Positions 8,611 to 17,655 of a DNA stretch of 64,000 nucleotides are shown in pieces. The notes under the pieces were generated by a model that saw nothing but the letters and a program-made list of their open reading frames with translations, did not search any database and was not told where the DNA came from. The stretch's first letter is position 1; every line of letters begins with the position of its first letter. This DNA comes from Bacteroidia bacterium. Its GTDB lineage: Bacteria > Bacteroidota > Bacteroidia > SpSt-205. A program made the translations under genes and the position numbers. Where the stretch lies: the NCBI GenBank assembly GCA_026003215.1, contig BPGV01000001.1, positions 1,178,466 to 1,242,465 on the forward strand, read 5' to 3'.

Positions 8611-9735
8611 CTAATCTAATCCGTCTTCCGCCTCCCAAGAAGAGCCTTCCTCCCTGATATAATCATAAGGGTTCTTATCTGCTTGTAAAGTGAGCGCGCC
8701 TTCCTCTTCATAAAAGCCCTCTTCACCCCGAACTTCAAAGAATATAGAGCGTTTATAGCACATCTTCCCTTTGCCTACCAGCTCGCCAGTTACCTTTCTA
8801 CTCTTTAGCTTAAAGCCCACCTTCTGCGCAAAAATGCGCATAACTTCGTTCTCTTTGTCCTTTTCACCTGGTAAGGTCTGTGTTTTTCCTTGCGCAGAGT
8901 CCTTAGCGAGCTCCTCGATAGCCATAAGGGCCACCCCAAACATCATACCCATCAGAGCCTCAGCCCGTTTTTCAGGGGGATTAACGAGAATGAGCGCCTC
9001 CAACGGAGTCCCCAACATCCGTACTGAGTCGGGCCTCTCTGCCCACCGCTGCCCCTCCACCCGAGCTCGCAAATGGGTCTTGAACTCAAACTCATCGGTA
9101 TCTCCCGTGTCTGCCGGAGCATTTGTCTCTATAAGGGTCACCTGCAAAAAGTTCTCTTTGGGCGAAACCGTATCCGCAACGATTACCACTCGCATAAAAT
9201 AAGTATAGTCGTGTACGCTGCTCTCGCCGGGCGGTTTTGCCTTGGCAAAGACACGCCCTTCCCATACCCCAAAAAACTTCGTTGGGTCGGCCTTTTGGCC
9301 TGCACATGGGGAAAAGAGCCCTCCAAGGAGGAATATCCCCAAAATACCCCCTACGAAAAGGGGCCGCCTCCTAAAAGTGTAGCCTAATCCTTGCACAGGG
9401 CCGCGTTTGCCCTGGAGACAGAGCCGCCGACGAGCTACCCAGGTGTACATATGCTCACGCCACCGCCGAGGGATAAGCCCTAAAAGCATGGCCAACAGCG
9501 GCCACCCATAGCCCGCATCCCGTAGCGCCTCTCGTAGGGCTTCACTTCCTACAAAAAACTGCCCTGCTCGCTCATAGATAACCGCATCTACGGGTACGGG
9601 CAGCCGCGTCAAATCCGTATAATCTGTGGGTACCCAGGTTATGCGCCCAGGAACGGTACGCCGCCCAAAGGCCCGGGCCAACCTCCGGCATAAGGAACAG
9701 TTTTGGTCATAGTACAAGCGCCCTCCACCAGCCAT
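8611..9735 (-). CDS. DCC1-like (DUF393) thiol-disulfide oxidoreductase domain fused to an uncharacterised exported domain
   Basis: LYYDQNCSLC (DxxCxxC), GSEA, IPRRWREHMYTWVARRR; then an internal hydrophobic segment and a FFGVWEG domain. Confidence 0.65.
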   Translation of the reverse strand: MAGGGRLYYDQNCSLCRRLARAFGRRTVPGRITWVPTDYTDLTRLPVPVDAVIYERAGQFFVGSEALREALRDAGYGWPLLAMLLGLIPRRWREHMYTWVARRRLCLQGKRGPVQGLGYTFRRRPLFVGGILGIFLLGGLFSPCAGQKADPTKFFGVWEGRVFAKAKPPGESSVHDYTYFMRVVIVADTVSPKENFLQVTLIETNAPADTGDTDEFEFKTHLRARVEGQRWAERPDSVRMLGTPLEALILVNPPEKRAEALMGMMFGVALMAIEELAKDSAQGKTQTLPGEKDKENEVMRIFAQKVGFKLKSRKVTGELVGKGKMCYKRSIFFEVRGEEGFYEEEGALTLQADKNPYDYIREEGSSWEAEDGLD

Positions 9736-9764
9736 CTTGCGAAGATACGTTTTATTTTGCCTGC

Positions 9765-10343
9765 GTGTGCACCCCTGAAAGGTTGGCTCGCATCCGAGCC
9801 GTCTTAGCCAAGCGCCAGCCGGACCTAACCCTCTTCTTAGAGAAGGTACATAAGCCCCATAACCTGTCCGCTATTTTACGCACCTGCGATGCTGTGGGTG
9901 TGTGGGAAGTACATGCGGTCTTTCCAGAAGGACGCGTGCCCACCTATAACGAAACCAGCGCCGGCAGCGAAAAGTGGGTGCCTGTACACACGCATCCCTC
10001 TATCCAAGCGGCATGCGCCTATTTGCGTAAAAAGGGGTTTCGGCTCTATGCCACCGCGCTGCGCCCCGAAGCCGTGGATTTTCGGGCGCTGGATTACACG
10101 CAGCCTACGGCGTTTATCCTGGGCGCGGAATACTACGGGATCTCGGAGGAAACCTTAGCGGAGGCCGATGCGCTTATCCGCATCCCTATGTACGGGATGG
10201 TCCAGAGTCTGAATGTGTCGGTAGCGGCAGCGGTGCTCTTGTATGAGGCGCAGCGGCAGCGTGCTGCAGCCGGTTTCTATGATGCCCCACGTCTCTCTCC
10301 TGCCGAGCTGGAAGAAGCCTTTGAACGGTGGTGCAGCCTCTAA
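9765..10343 (+). CDS. trmH: tRNA (guanosine(18)-2'-O)-methyltransferase
   Basis: RQPDLT..E.VHKPHNLSAILRTCDAVG, GAE..G, IPMYGMVQSLNVSVA SPOUT motifs. Confidence 0.95.
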   Translation: MCTPERLARIRAVLAKRQPDLTLFLEKVHKPHNLSAILRTCDAVGVWEVHAVFPEGRVPTYNETSAGSEKWVPVHTHPSIQAACAYLRKKGFRLYATALRPEAVDFRALDYTQPTAFILGAEYYGISEETLAEADALIRIPMYGMVQSLNVSVAAAVLLYEAQRQRAAAGFYDAPRLSPAELEEAFERWCSL

Positions 10344-10951
10344 GGCGCCGAGCGTATCCACACTTCCCCTACCAGAGTATCGCCCAAAAACGCTCGCAGG
10401 TGGTCTCCCACGGCTACGGGGCCAACGCCTGCGGGCGTCCCTGTAAAAAGCACATCCCCCGGCTCCAGCGTAAAGTACCGAGAGGCTTCAGTGATAAGCT
10501 CTGGGAGGGAAAAAAGCATATCGCGCCCGTACCCTTCTTGGAGGAGGGTATCGCCCCGTAGGAGGCGGAAGGGCTTCTCCGGCCAGTCTGCCGTGAGAGG
10601 CAGCCAAGCGCCCCACCACGCGGACCCATCAAAGGCTTTGGCCATCTCCCAGGGCAGGCCCTGGGCTTTGAGCTGGGCTTGGAGGTCGCGGGCCGTAAAA
10701 TCAATCCCCACCGTCAAGGCATCTACCAGCGCCGCAGCCTTGTCTACGGGTACATTCTTCCCGCCGCGTCCCAGCCGGAAAACCAACTCTACTTCATACT
10801 CTAACCGCTGAGAAAAAGCCGGATACCCTACTTCCCCCGAGGCTGCCCAGGCCGTGGCGGGCTTGAGAAAAAATACAGGTTTTTCCGGCGGAGCGGCCCC
10901 CATCTCTTGGGCATGAAGGGGATAGTTTCGCGCCACACACAGGATTTTCAT
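10340..10951 (-). CDS. fumarylacetoacetate hydrolase family protein
   Basis: KILCVARNY..HAQE, PVFFLKP, YEVELV, DFTARDLQ, W..AKAFD, GDVLFTGTPAGVG. Confidence 0.93.
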   Translation of the reverse strand: MKILCVARNYPLHAQEMGAAPPEKPVFFLKPATAWAASGEVGYPAFSQRLEYEVELVFRLGRGGKNVPVDKAAALVDALTVGIDFTARDLQAQLKAQGLPWEMAKAFDGSAWWGAWLPLTADWPEKPFRLLRGDTLLQEGYGRDMLFSLPELITEASRYFTLEPGDVLFTGTPAGVGPVAVGDHLRAFLGDTLVGEVWIRSAP

Positions 10952-12351
10952 GCCCGCATGACGAGTTCTTGGCCTTCGGTGATGAGCACACTGGCACGGT
11001 CAGCCGTAGGGGCCTCCGTGTAAATGCGCAGGATAGGCTCTGTGCCCGAAGCCCGAAACATTACCGCCTCACCGCCCTCCAGTAGGAGCTTATAGCCGTC
11101 GGTGGCATCTATGGAGAGGACCTTCCGCCCGGCAAAAGAAGTGGGCGGCCCTTCTTTCAGGAGGCGCAAGATGGCGGCTTTGCGCTCGTCGGAGATATGC
11201 CAGTCTAATCTATCCACCGCAAAAGGCCCCACTACCTCATATATCTCCGCGATCAGCTCATCCAAGGTCTTGCCCGTTTCTGCCAGCATTTGGAGGATAG
11301 TGAGGGCGATAAAGGTGCCATCTCGCTCTGGCAGATGCGAAGGGATAGCTACGCCTCCCGATTCTTCGGCGCCTAAGAGGGTGTCTTCGGCAGCCTGCAT
11401 CCGTTCCGCTATGTATTTGAAGCCCACCGGGGTAATCTCCACGGGCAAGCCCATCCGCCGAGCATATTCGCCCACCCGCACCGCACAGCTCAAACTCACA
11501 ATGACTCGCCCGCGCTGCTGTTTATACCGCACCAGATAATGCAGCACCAGTAGAATAATATGATGCGCATCTATGTACTTCCCGCCCTTGCCTACCATGC
11601 CGATACGGTCGGCATCCCCATCCAGCACAAACCCAAAGTCCAAGTTATGCTGCTGTACAAATACAGCAAAATCGCCGAGGTTTTTGGGGATAGGTTCTGG
11701 ATTTATGCCGCCGAAGCTGGGGTTATATTCACAACGGAAGGCATGCACGACAGGCAAGAGGCGAGGGAAAATCCGTTGCCCTGCGCCATACATCGCATCA
11801 AAACCTATGCGGAAGGGGAGCTGACTGAGGCGCCTGAGGTCAAAACGGCTTTTGATATAGTTTTGGTAAAGGGCCTCCATGTCGTAGATTTCTATTTGGC
11901 GGGCTTGGAGGAGCTCTTCCCAGGCTTCGGGGAGCTCTACGGGGGCATCAGGGATGAGGGCTTCTATTTCTTTGAGGATAGAGACAGGGGCGGGACCGCC
12001 ATAGGGGGCTTTGAGCTTGTAGCCCAAGTAGTGGGGGGGATTGTGCGAGGCGGTGAGCACAATACCTAAATGGGCCTGGTGCTGCACCGTAGCGAGAGAG
12101 ACCATAGGTGTAGTAGCAAAGGAAGGGCTCAAATATACCTTTACGCCGCGGTGAGCCAGGTGTTGGGCCGCCGCCTCCGCAAACATCCCCGCCATAAACC
12201 GGCAATCATACCCTATCATGACCTTGGGCTGGGGATACCGCTCTACAAGCCAGCGGGCAGTCCCCTCTACAATACGGCTCAGGTTAGCGAAAGTGAAATC
12301 CTTCGCAATAATGGCTCGCCATCCATCCGTACCAAAACGAATAGCACTCAT
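10948..12351 (-). CDS. phosphoglucomutase/phosphomannomutase
   Basis: FGTDGWR, TASHNP, DGDADR, GAEESGG, RASGTEP. Confidence 0.95.
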   Translation of the reverse strand: MSAIRFGTDGWRAIIAKDFTFANLSRIVEGTARWLVERYPQPKVMIGYDCRFMAGMFAEAAAQHLAHRGVKVYLSPSFATTPMVSLATVQHQAHLGIVLTASHNPPHYLGYKLKAPYGGPAPVSILKEIEALIPDAPVELPEAWEELLQARQIEIYDMEALYQNYIKSRFDLRRLSQLPFRIGFDAMYGAGQRIFPRLLPVVHAFRCEYNPSFGGINPEPIPKNLGDFAVFVQQHNLDFGFVLDGDADRIGMVGKGGKYIDAHHIILLVLHYLVRYKQQRGRVIVSLSCAVRVGEYARRMGLPVEITPVGFKYIAERMQAAEDTLLGAEESGGVAIPSHLPERDGTFIALTILQMLAETGKTLDELIAEIYEVVGPFAVDRLDWHISDERKAAILRLLKEGPPTSFAGRKVLSIDATDGYKLLLEGGEAVMFRASGTEPILRIYTEAPTADRASVLITEGQELVMRA

Positions 12352-13508
12352 GGGGCAAAGTTAGGGGAAGAAAGTAGCTGCCTATACAGCGCACGAATGT
12401 CTTTTATGAGGCGCTCCTCGCTGTAGTAGCTGCGAATGAAAGGTTGTGCTTTTTGGGCTTTTGCGCGGGCTTGGGGCAGCTGCGCTATAAAGAGTCGGAG
12501 GCTTTCGGGAAGTGGCTCCTGGAGGAGATAGCCATACTCTCCTTCGGCGAGGAGGTCTGGCACACCGCCCACGGGCGTAGAGGCCACCGGCACCCCACAA
12601 GCCAAGGCTTCTATGAGGGTGACGGGGGTACCTTCATTATCGGAAACAAGAACCACAGCATCTAAGGCTCGCAGTACTTCCGGAATATCCCAACGCAAAC
12701 CCGCCCACACTACTTTTTCGGAAAGGCCCAGTTGCCGGGCCAGGGCCTCCCAGCGGGGCTTCTCGGGGCCATCGCCCACGAGTACGAGCCGGAAAGGGCG
12801 CGGCGGGTCATTCATCTCGGCCACGGCCTGCAAAAGCTTATCTACCCGCTTGATAGGTACCATACGACCTATCCACCCCAGCAGCAGGCTATCCCTCCCG
12901 CCCCACGCTGTTCGCAAGGCCTCCACCGCCTCCGGGTCGTACTTATCTAAGCGTTCCAGCGGGAAGCCTAAGGGTATGACTACGACTTTTTCGGGTGGGG
13001 CGATGCGGAAGCGCTCTACAATATCGCGCCGCTGCCGCTCACTAATCACCACAATACGATGAGCGAGGCGTGCCAACAACCGTTCTATTTGGCGATAGAG
13101 CCAGTGCCGCCACGGCGAGAAGTACCCTTCAAACGAATGCCCATGGAAGGTATGAATACGCAGGGGCACCCTGGCCAGCCACGCCGCCAGCCGCCCCACA
13201 GCTCCAGCCTTAGCGGTGTGGGTATGCACAATATGGGGATTGTAACTACGCATGAGGCGCCACAGCGCCCATATACTCCCCCAATCTCGCCACACCTGAA
13301 CTTCACGCCCTAAGGAAGGAATGTACTCCACGGGTACGCCATACTGCGCTATCCATTCGGTGGCGCGGGCTTCTCCGGGCGGCTCTTGCCCCGATACTAA
13401 TAGGGTCTCAAAGGGCTCCCCCAATCGCTGGGAGAGGAGGAGCACGTGATGGGCAGGTCCGCCTACGTTGAGACGAGTAATCACCCGCAGAACCCGTACT
13501 TTTGACAC
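12348..13508 (-). CDS. GT4 family glycosyltransferase
   Basis: ITRLNVGGPA, HTHTAKAG, HTFHGH, GRMVPIK, NEGTPVTLIEA. GTG start 13508 chosen from the upstream TACCTTTG. Confidence 0.92.
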   Translation of the reverse strand: MSKVRVLRVITRLNVGGPAHHVLLLSQRLGEPFETLLVSGQEPPGEARATEWIAQYGVPVEYIPSLGREVQVWRDWGSIWALWRLMRSYNPHIVHTHTAKAGAVGRLAAWLARVPLRIHTFHGHSFEGYFSPWRHWLYRQIERLLARLAHRIVVISERQRRDIVERFRIAPPEKVVVIPLGFPLERLDKYDPEAVEALRTAWGGRDSLLLGWIGRMVPIKRVDKLLQAVAEMNDPPRPFRLVLVGDGPEKPRWEALARQLGLSEKVVWAGLRWDIPEVLRALDAVVLVSDNEGTPVTLIEALACGVPVASTPVGGVPDLLAEGEYGYLLQEPLPESLRLFIAQLPQARAKAQKAQPFIRSYYSEERLIKDIRALYRQLLSSPNFAP

Positions 13509-13523
13509 CAGGCCAAAGGTATC

Positions 13524-13970
13524 ATGCGCTTTTTCTGGGTTGTACTGCTGGTGTGGGGGCAAGAAGTCTCCCCCCCCGCTTACCCTAACCCCAAGGTTGC
13601 CCTGGCCCTGAGCGCAGCCTTCCCCGGGACGGGCCAGCTCTACAATAAAGCCTATTGGAAGGCCCCCTTAGTATGGGGAGCGCTGGCATTTACGGGCTAC
13701 CTCGCCTACCAAAACCACCGCCAATACCTCTATTATCGCCAAGCTTACCGCGAAGCGCTGGCGGGCTACAATCCCCTCCCTACGCTCCTCCCTGAAAATA
13801 TCCGCGCCTTGCGCGAAGCCTATCGCAAAGACCGAGATGTCTTTTTGCTGGTTTTTTGCATAGCCTATGGCCTCCAAATAGGCGAAGCCTACGCCGATGC
13901 CTATCTCAAGAAGTACTCCGTATATGCTGGGGTCACTCCTGCAGGAATATGGATCGCCGCCAGGTGGTAG
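13524..13970 (+). CDS. DUF5683 family protein
   Basis: PKVALALSAAFPGTGQLYNKAYWKAPLVWG...EAYADAYL. Confidence 0.8.
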   Translation: MRFFWVVLLVWGQEVSPPAYPNPKVALALSAAFPGTGQLYNKAYWKAPLVWGALAFTGYLAYQNHRQYLYYRQAYREALAGYNPLPTLLPENIRALREAYRKDRDVFLLVFCIAYGLQIGEAYADAYLKKYSVYAGVTPAGIWIAARW

Positions 13971-14527
13971 CCCGCTTCTTGCAAGCCTTAGCTACTCTTA
14001 CCCATCCGGCCGTAGTGGAGGCAGCGCTACTTTCTTATTACAGCAAGGGGCATGCGGGCTGGATAGTGGCTAGTTGGGCGCTGCTCCCAGGCGTAGGCGG
14101 CCTCCTTTACCTCGGACTGCGTATTTCCCTTCTGGACCTGGCAGGCGTATTGGGCTCTCCGCGTCGCGTACTTCTCTTGTGGAACCTGTTAGCCATAGCC
14201 GGCCTCTGGGCCGCCACTGCAGACCCCCTCCTGCACTTCTGGCTCAACTTCCTCCTGTGGATAAGCTTCTGTGGATTCCTCCTCCACTGGTGGTGGGAAT
14301 ACTCCTTTCATGTCTATGCATGGGCGGCCCTAACAGGCCTTTTTTTAGGGTATAGCCGCAGCTATCCTTTCACTTTCGTGCTCCTTCTCAGTGCCACCGC
14401 AAGCATAGGATACCTTCGCTGGAAGCAGCAAGCGCATCCTGTGCCCGAGCTTGTGCGAGGTGGCGTAGCTGGGGGACTCCTTGGGCTACTCTTCTTTGCC
14501 TGGAACGAACTCGTCTACCTTCGCTAA
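13949..14527 (+). CDS. membrane protein, PAP2-like
   Basis: Multiple TM segments; SFH and R....AH....L.RG..AG pattern seen in Bacteroidota PAP2-like proteins. Confidence 0.55.
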   Translation: MDRRQVVARFLQALATLTHPAVVEAALLSYYSKGHAGWIVASWALLPGVGGLLYLGLRISLLDLAGVLGSPRRVLLLWNLLAIAGLWAATADPLLHFWLNFLLWISFCGFLLHWWWEYSFHVYAWAALTGLFLGYSRSYPFTFVLLLSATASIGYLRWKQQAHPVPELVRGGVAGGLLGLLFFAWNELVYLR

Positions 14528-14553
14528 CTGAACGGAGTTTTACCTTCGTGGGG

Positions 14554-17500
14554 ATGAAAAGCCATTTGGCCTTCCTCCTTGGGGCAACTTTCCTACAAGC
14601 CCAAATACCGGCCTTAGCATCTGTAAGGGGATTACATTCCGCGCGCCCTTCGCGCACGGCAATTGTGGGGGTACAGGTGTGGCTGGGTCCGAGCAAGGTA
14701 CAACGCAATGCCGCCCTCCTTATAGAAAAAGGCTTCATCACCCGCATCCTCCCTGCCGATTCCTTCGTGCCTTCAGCGGGCATGCAGGTATTGCGCTATC
14801 CTCAGGGTACGTGGGTCTATCCAGCCTTCATAGAGCCTTGGACAAAAGAAGGGCTACCTGCCCCTTCTCGTCAGGAGAAGGCCTCCCCCCAATACGACCC
14901 TGCACGTCCGCCTACTTACTACCCTAATGATGCCGTACGGCTGGATTTTGCCGCAGAAACGAGCTTCACTTTTTCGGCGGAGCAGGCCCGTAAGCTCCGG
15001 GAGATGGGTTTCGCTGTGGCTCATATAGCCCCCACAGATGGGATAGTGCGCGGAACTGGCGTTACCTTCTTCCTGACAGATAAGCTGCACTCCGAAGAGC
15101 GTATTCTACGCGCAGCAGCTATCCTTCATGCTGGCTTTGAAAAGGGAAGCTCCCCCCAAGAATATCCTGACTCCAAAATGGGAGCCATTGCTTTGGTGCG
15201 CCAGCTCCTGTACGATGCGCTATGGTATCGCCAAGGCCTGCCTAACACCCCGAAAAATGTCGCGCTGGACCGCCTCCTTGCGCTGGCTCGGGATACCCTT
15301 CGCTGGTGCTGGATGGCACAGACGCCCGAGGATGCCTTTCGGGTAGCCCAGCTGATGCGCGAATGGCAAGCCTTGGCTCCCCTTCGCTGGGCGCTCCTGG
15401 CCACTGGCTACGAATACGAATGGCTCCCTTACCTCCCTAAAGAAGGCTTGTATATTGTGCCGGTAGGCCTGCCGGTGCTTCCCCCGCCCCATAGCCCGGA
15501 TTTTTATGCGCGGCTCCCTCTGCAAGCGTTGCGCCGGTGGGAACAAGCCCCCTTCCGCGCCAAGTGGCTATTGCAAGCGGGCTATCCTGTAGCTTTCACC
15601 GCCCACGGCCTCCCCGACCCAAAGACCTTCTGGGAGCACCTGCGCACACTGGCACGCACAGGAGTGTCACCCGATAGCCTCTTGTGGGGGCTGACGGAAG
15701 TGCCGGCCCAATGGCTGGGCCTATCTCAGGCAGGACGCATCGCCCCCGGCTACTACGCTAACTTTTTGGTTTTTTCCGATACCCTCTGGAAGCCTTCCGC
15801 CCGTCTCTTAGAAACATGGGTCGCTGGCGAGAGAGACCTGTGGGTTTCGGTGCCCTCCGTCCTGCCGGCAGGTACCTATGAAGCCACAGCCGCCTTCCCT
15901 CAACTCAAGATAGCACCAGACCTACCGCCCCTCTCCGCCAAAATCCTCCGAGACAAAGACACCCTCTCTGTACAGATCGCGTATGATCCCACTACCGCTC
16001 TTTTTCGCTTTACGGTGCCGGCCCAAATAGGGGTAGGGCATATCGTGTTTTCGGCACCGGCCGAGAGTCTCCTGACTGGCTGGTGGATCCCCCCCACCGG
16101 CGAACGAATACCTTGGCAAGCCCGGCGCATAGCGCCTCCTGACACCGAACGCGCCCGCGAAGCACCGCCCCCCCTCGCAGAAGATAGCCTCATCAGTCGC
16201 CGTACCTTTCCCAATAGCGCCTATGGCCGTCCTACCTTTCCCCCGGCGCAAACTTTCCTTTTCCGCAAAGCCACCGTATGGACAGGCGATACCATTCTCC
16301 CAGAGACCGATGTGCTCGTGAGTGGCGGCAAGATCCGCGCCATAGGCCGAGACTTAGCCCCACCAACAGATGCCCAGATTATTGAAGCCCACGGCAACGC
16401 CCTCACCGCAGGCATCATTGATGAGCACTCCCATATCGCGATTGAAGGCGGCGTCAATGAAGCCAGCGACGCCGTCACCGCCGAAGTGCGCATCCGGGAT
16501 GTGATTGACCCCACCGATGTCAATATCTATCGGCATTTAGCTGGGGGCGTGGTCGCAGTACAGCTCCTCCACGGCTCGGCTAACCCCATCGGCGGGCAAT
16601 CTGCTTGCATCAAACTTAAGTGGGGCCTGCCGGCCGACTCTTTCCTCATCCCCGATGCTCCCCCCTTCAATAAGTTTGCCTTGGGCGAGAATGTTAAGCA
16701 ATCCAACTGGGGGGATGCCTACACCCTCCGCTATCCTCAGACGCGCATGGGCGTGGAGCAAATAATCACCGACGCGTTTGAAGCCGCTCAGCAGTATGCT
16801 CAAGAATGGCAGACCTATGAAGCCGCCCGAAAAAAGAATCCCCGCTTGCCAGCGCCCCGCCGCAACCTCCGCTACGAAGCTCTGGCGGAAATCCTTGCCA
16901 GCAAACGGTACATTACCTGCCATTCGTACGTGCAATCCGAAATCCTTATGCTCATGCGTGTAGCGGAGCGCTTCGGCTTCCGGGTGCGCACCTTCACCCA
17001 TGTTTTAGAAGGGTACAAGGTCGCCCCCGAACTCAAAGCCCATGGCGCGTTTGCTTCTACTTTTTCCGATTGGTGGGCCTACAAGTACGAAGTCATAGAA
17101 GCCATACCCCATAATGCCGCCATTTTACTAAGCAAAGGCGTGCCCGTATGCATAAACTCTGACGATGCCGAGATGGGCCGCCGTCTAAACCAAGAAGCCG
17201 CTAAGATTCTACGGTATGGGGGTAGGACCTTAGGCATAGATAGCCTTACTGCCTGGCGCACGGTGACCGTTTATCCCGCCCAGGCCTTAGGCATAGCCCA
17301 CCGCACAGGTTTTATCCGGCCAGGGTATGATGCGGATCTTGTACTCTGGGACCGCCCGTCTCCCCTGTCCGTGTATAGCAAAGTCTTAATGACCCTCGTG
17401 GAAGGACGCCGCCTTTACGATGCCCAAGAAGACCGCCTCCATGGGCAAGCGCTCCAGAAAGAGAAAAAGGCCTTGGTAGAAAAAACGTGGAAAGCAGCCC

Positions 17501-17595
17501 AACAAGAAACTAAGGGGCCCCCCCTCTTGCTGCGCCGAGCTGTACTCTGGGATTGCGAAAGCCTCGGAAATGCCGCCGAAACTTCTACCCCATAG
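14554..17595 (+). CDS. exported two-domain amidohydrolase family protein
   Basis: Signal peptide; second domain has GIIDEHSH, LHGSANPIGG, KFALGENVK, CHSY, THVLEGYK, NSDD. Confidence 0.9.
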   Translation: MKSHLAFLLGATFLQAQIPALASVRGLHSARPSRTAIVGVQVWLGPSKVQRNAALLIEKGFITRILPADSFVPSAGMQVLRYPQGTWVYPAFIEPWTKEGLPAPSRQEKASPQYDPARPPTYYPNDAVRLDFAAETSFTFSAEQARKLREMGFAVAHIAPTDGIVRGTGVTFFLTDKLHSEERILRAAAILHAGFEKGSSPQEYPDSKMGAIALVRQLLYDALWYRQGLPNTPKNVALDRLLALARDTLRWCWMAQTPEDAFRVAQLMREWQALAPLRWALLATGYEYEWLPYLPKEGLYIVPVGLPVLPPPHSPDFYARLPLQALRRWEQAPFRAKWLLQAGYPVAFTAHGLPDPKTFWEHLRTLARTGVSPDSLLWGLTEVPAQWLGLSQAGRIAPGYYANFLVFSDTLWKPSARLLETWVAGERDLWVSVPSVLPAGTYEATAAFPQLKIAPDLPPLSAKILRDKDTLSVQIAYDPTTALFRFTVPAQIGVGHIVFSAPAESLLTGWWIPPTGERIPWQARRIAPPDTERAREAPPPLAEDSLISRRTFPNSAYGRPTFPPAQTFLFRKATVWTGDTILPETDVLVSGGKIRAIGRDLAPPTDAQIIEAHGNALTAGIIDEHSHIAIEGGVNEASDAVTAEVRIRDVIDPTDVNIYRHLAGGVVAVQLLHGSANPIGGQSACIKLKWGLPADSFLIPDAPPFNKFALGENVKQSNWGDAYTLRYPQTRMGVEQIITDAFEAAQQYAQEWQTYEAARKKNPRLPAPRRNLRYEALAEILASKRYITCHSYVQSEILMLMRVAERFGFRVRTFTHVLEGYKVAPELKAHGAFASTFSDWWAYKYEVIEAIPHNAAILLSKGVPVCINSDDAEMGRRLNQEAAKILRYGGRTLGIDSLTAWRTVTVYPAQALGIAHRTGFIRPGYDADLVLWDRPSPLSVYSKVLMTLVEGRRLYDAQEDRLHGQALQKEKKALVEKTWKAAQQETKGPPLLLRRAVLWDCESLGNAAETSTP

Positions 17596-17655
17596 CTCCA
17601 TACCCCACAGAAACCGCAGCGAAAATCTTACCTTTGCCCAAACAATATATACGAT

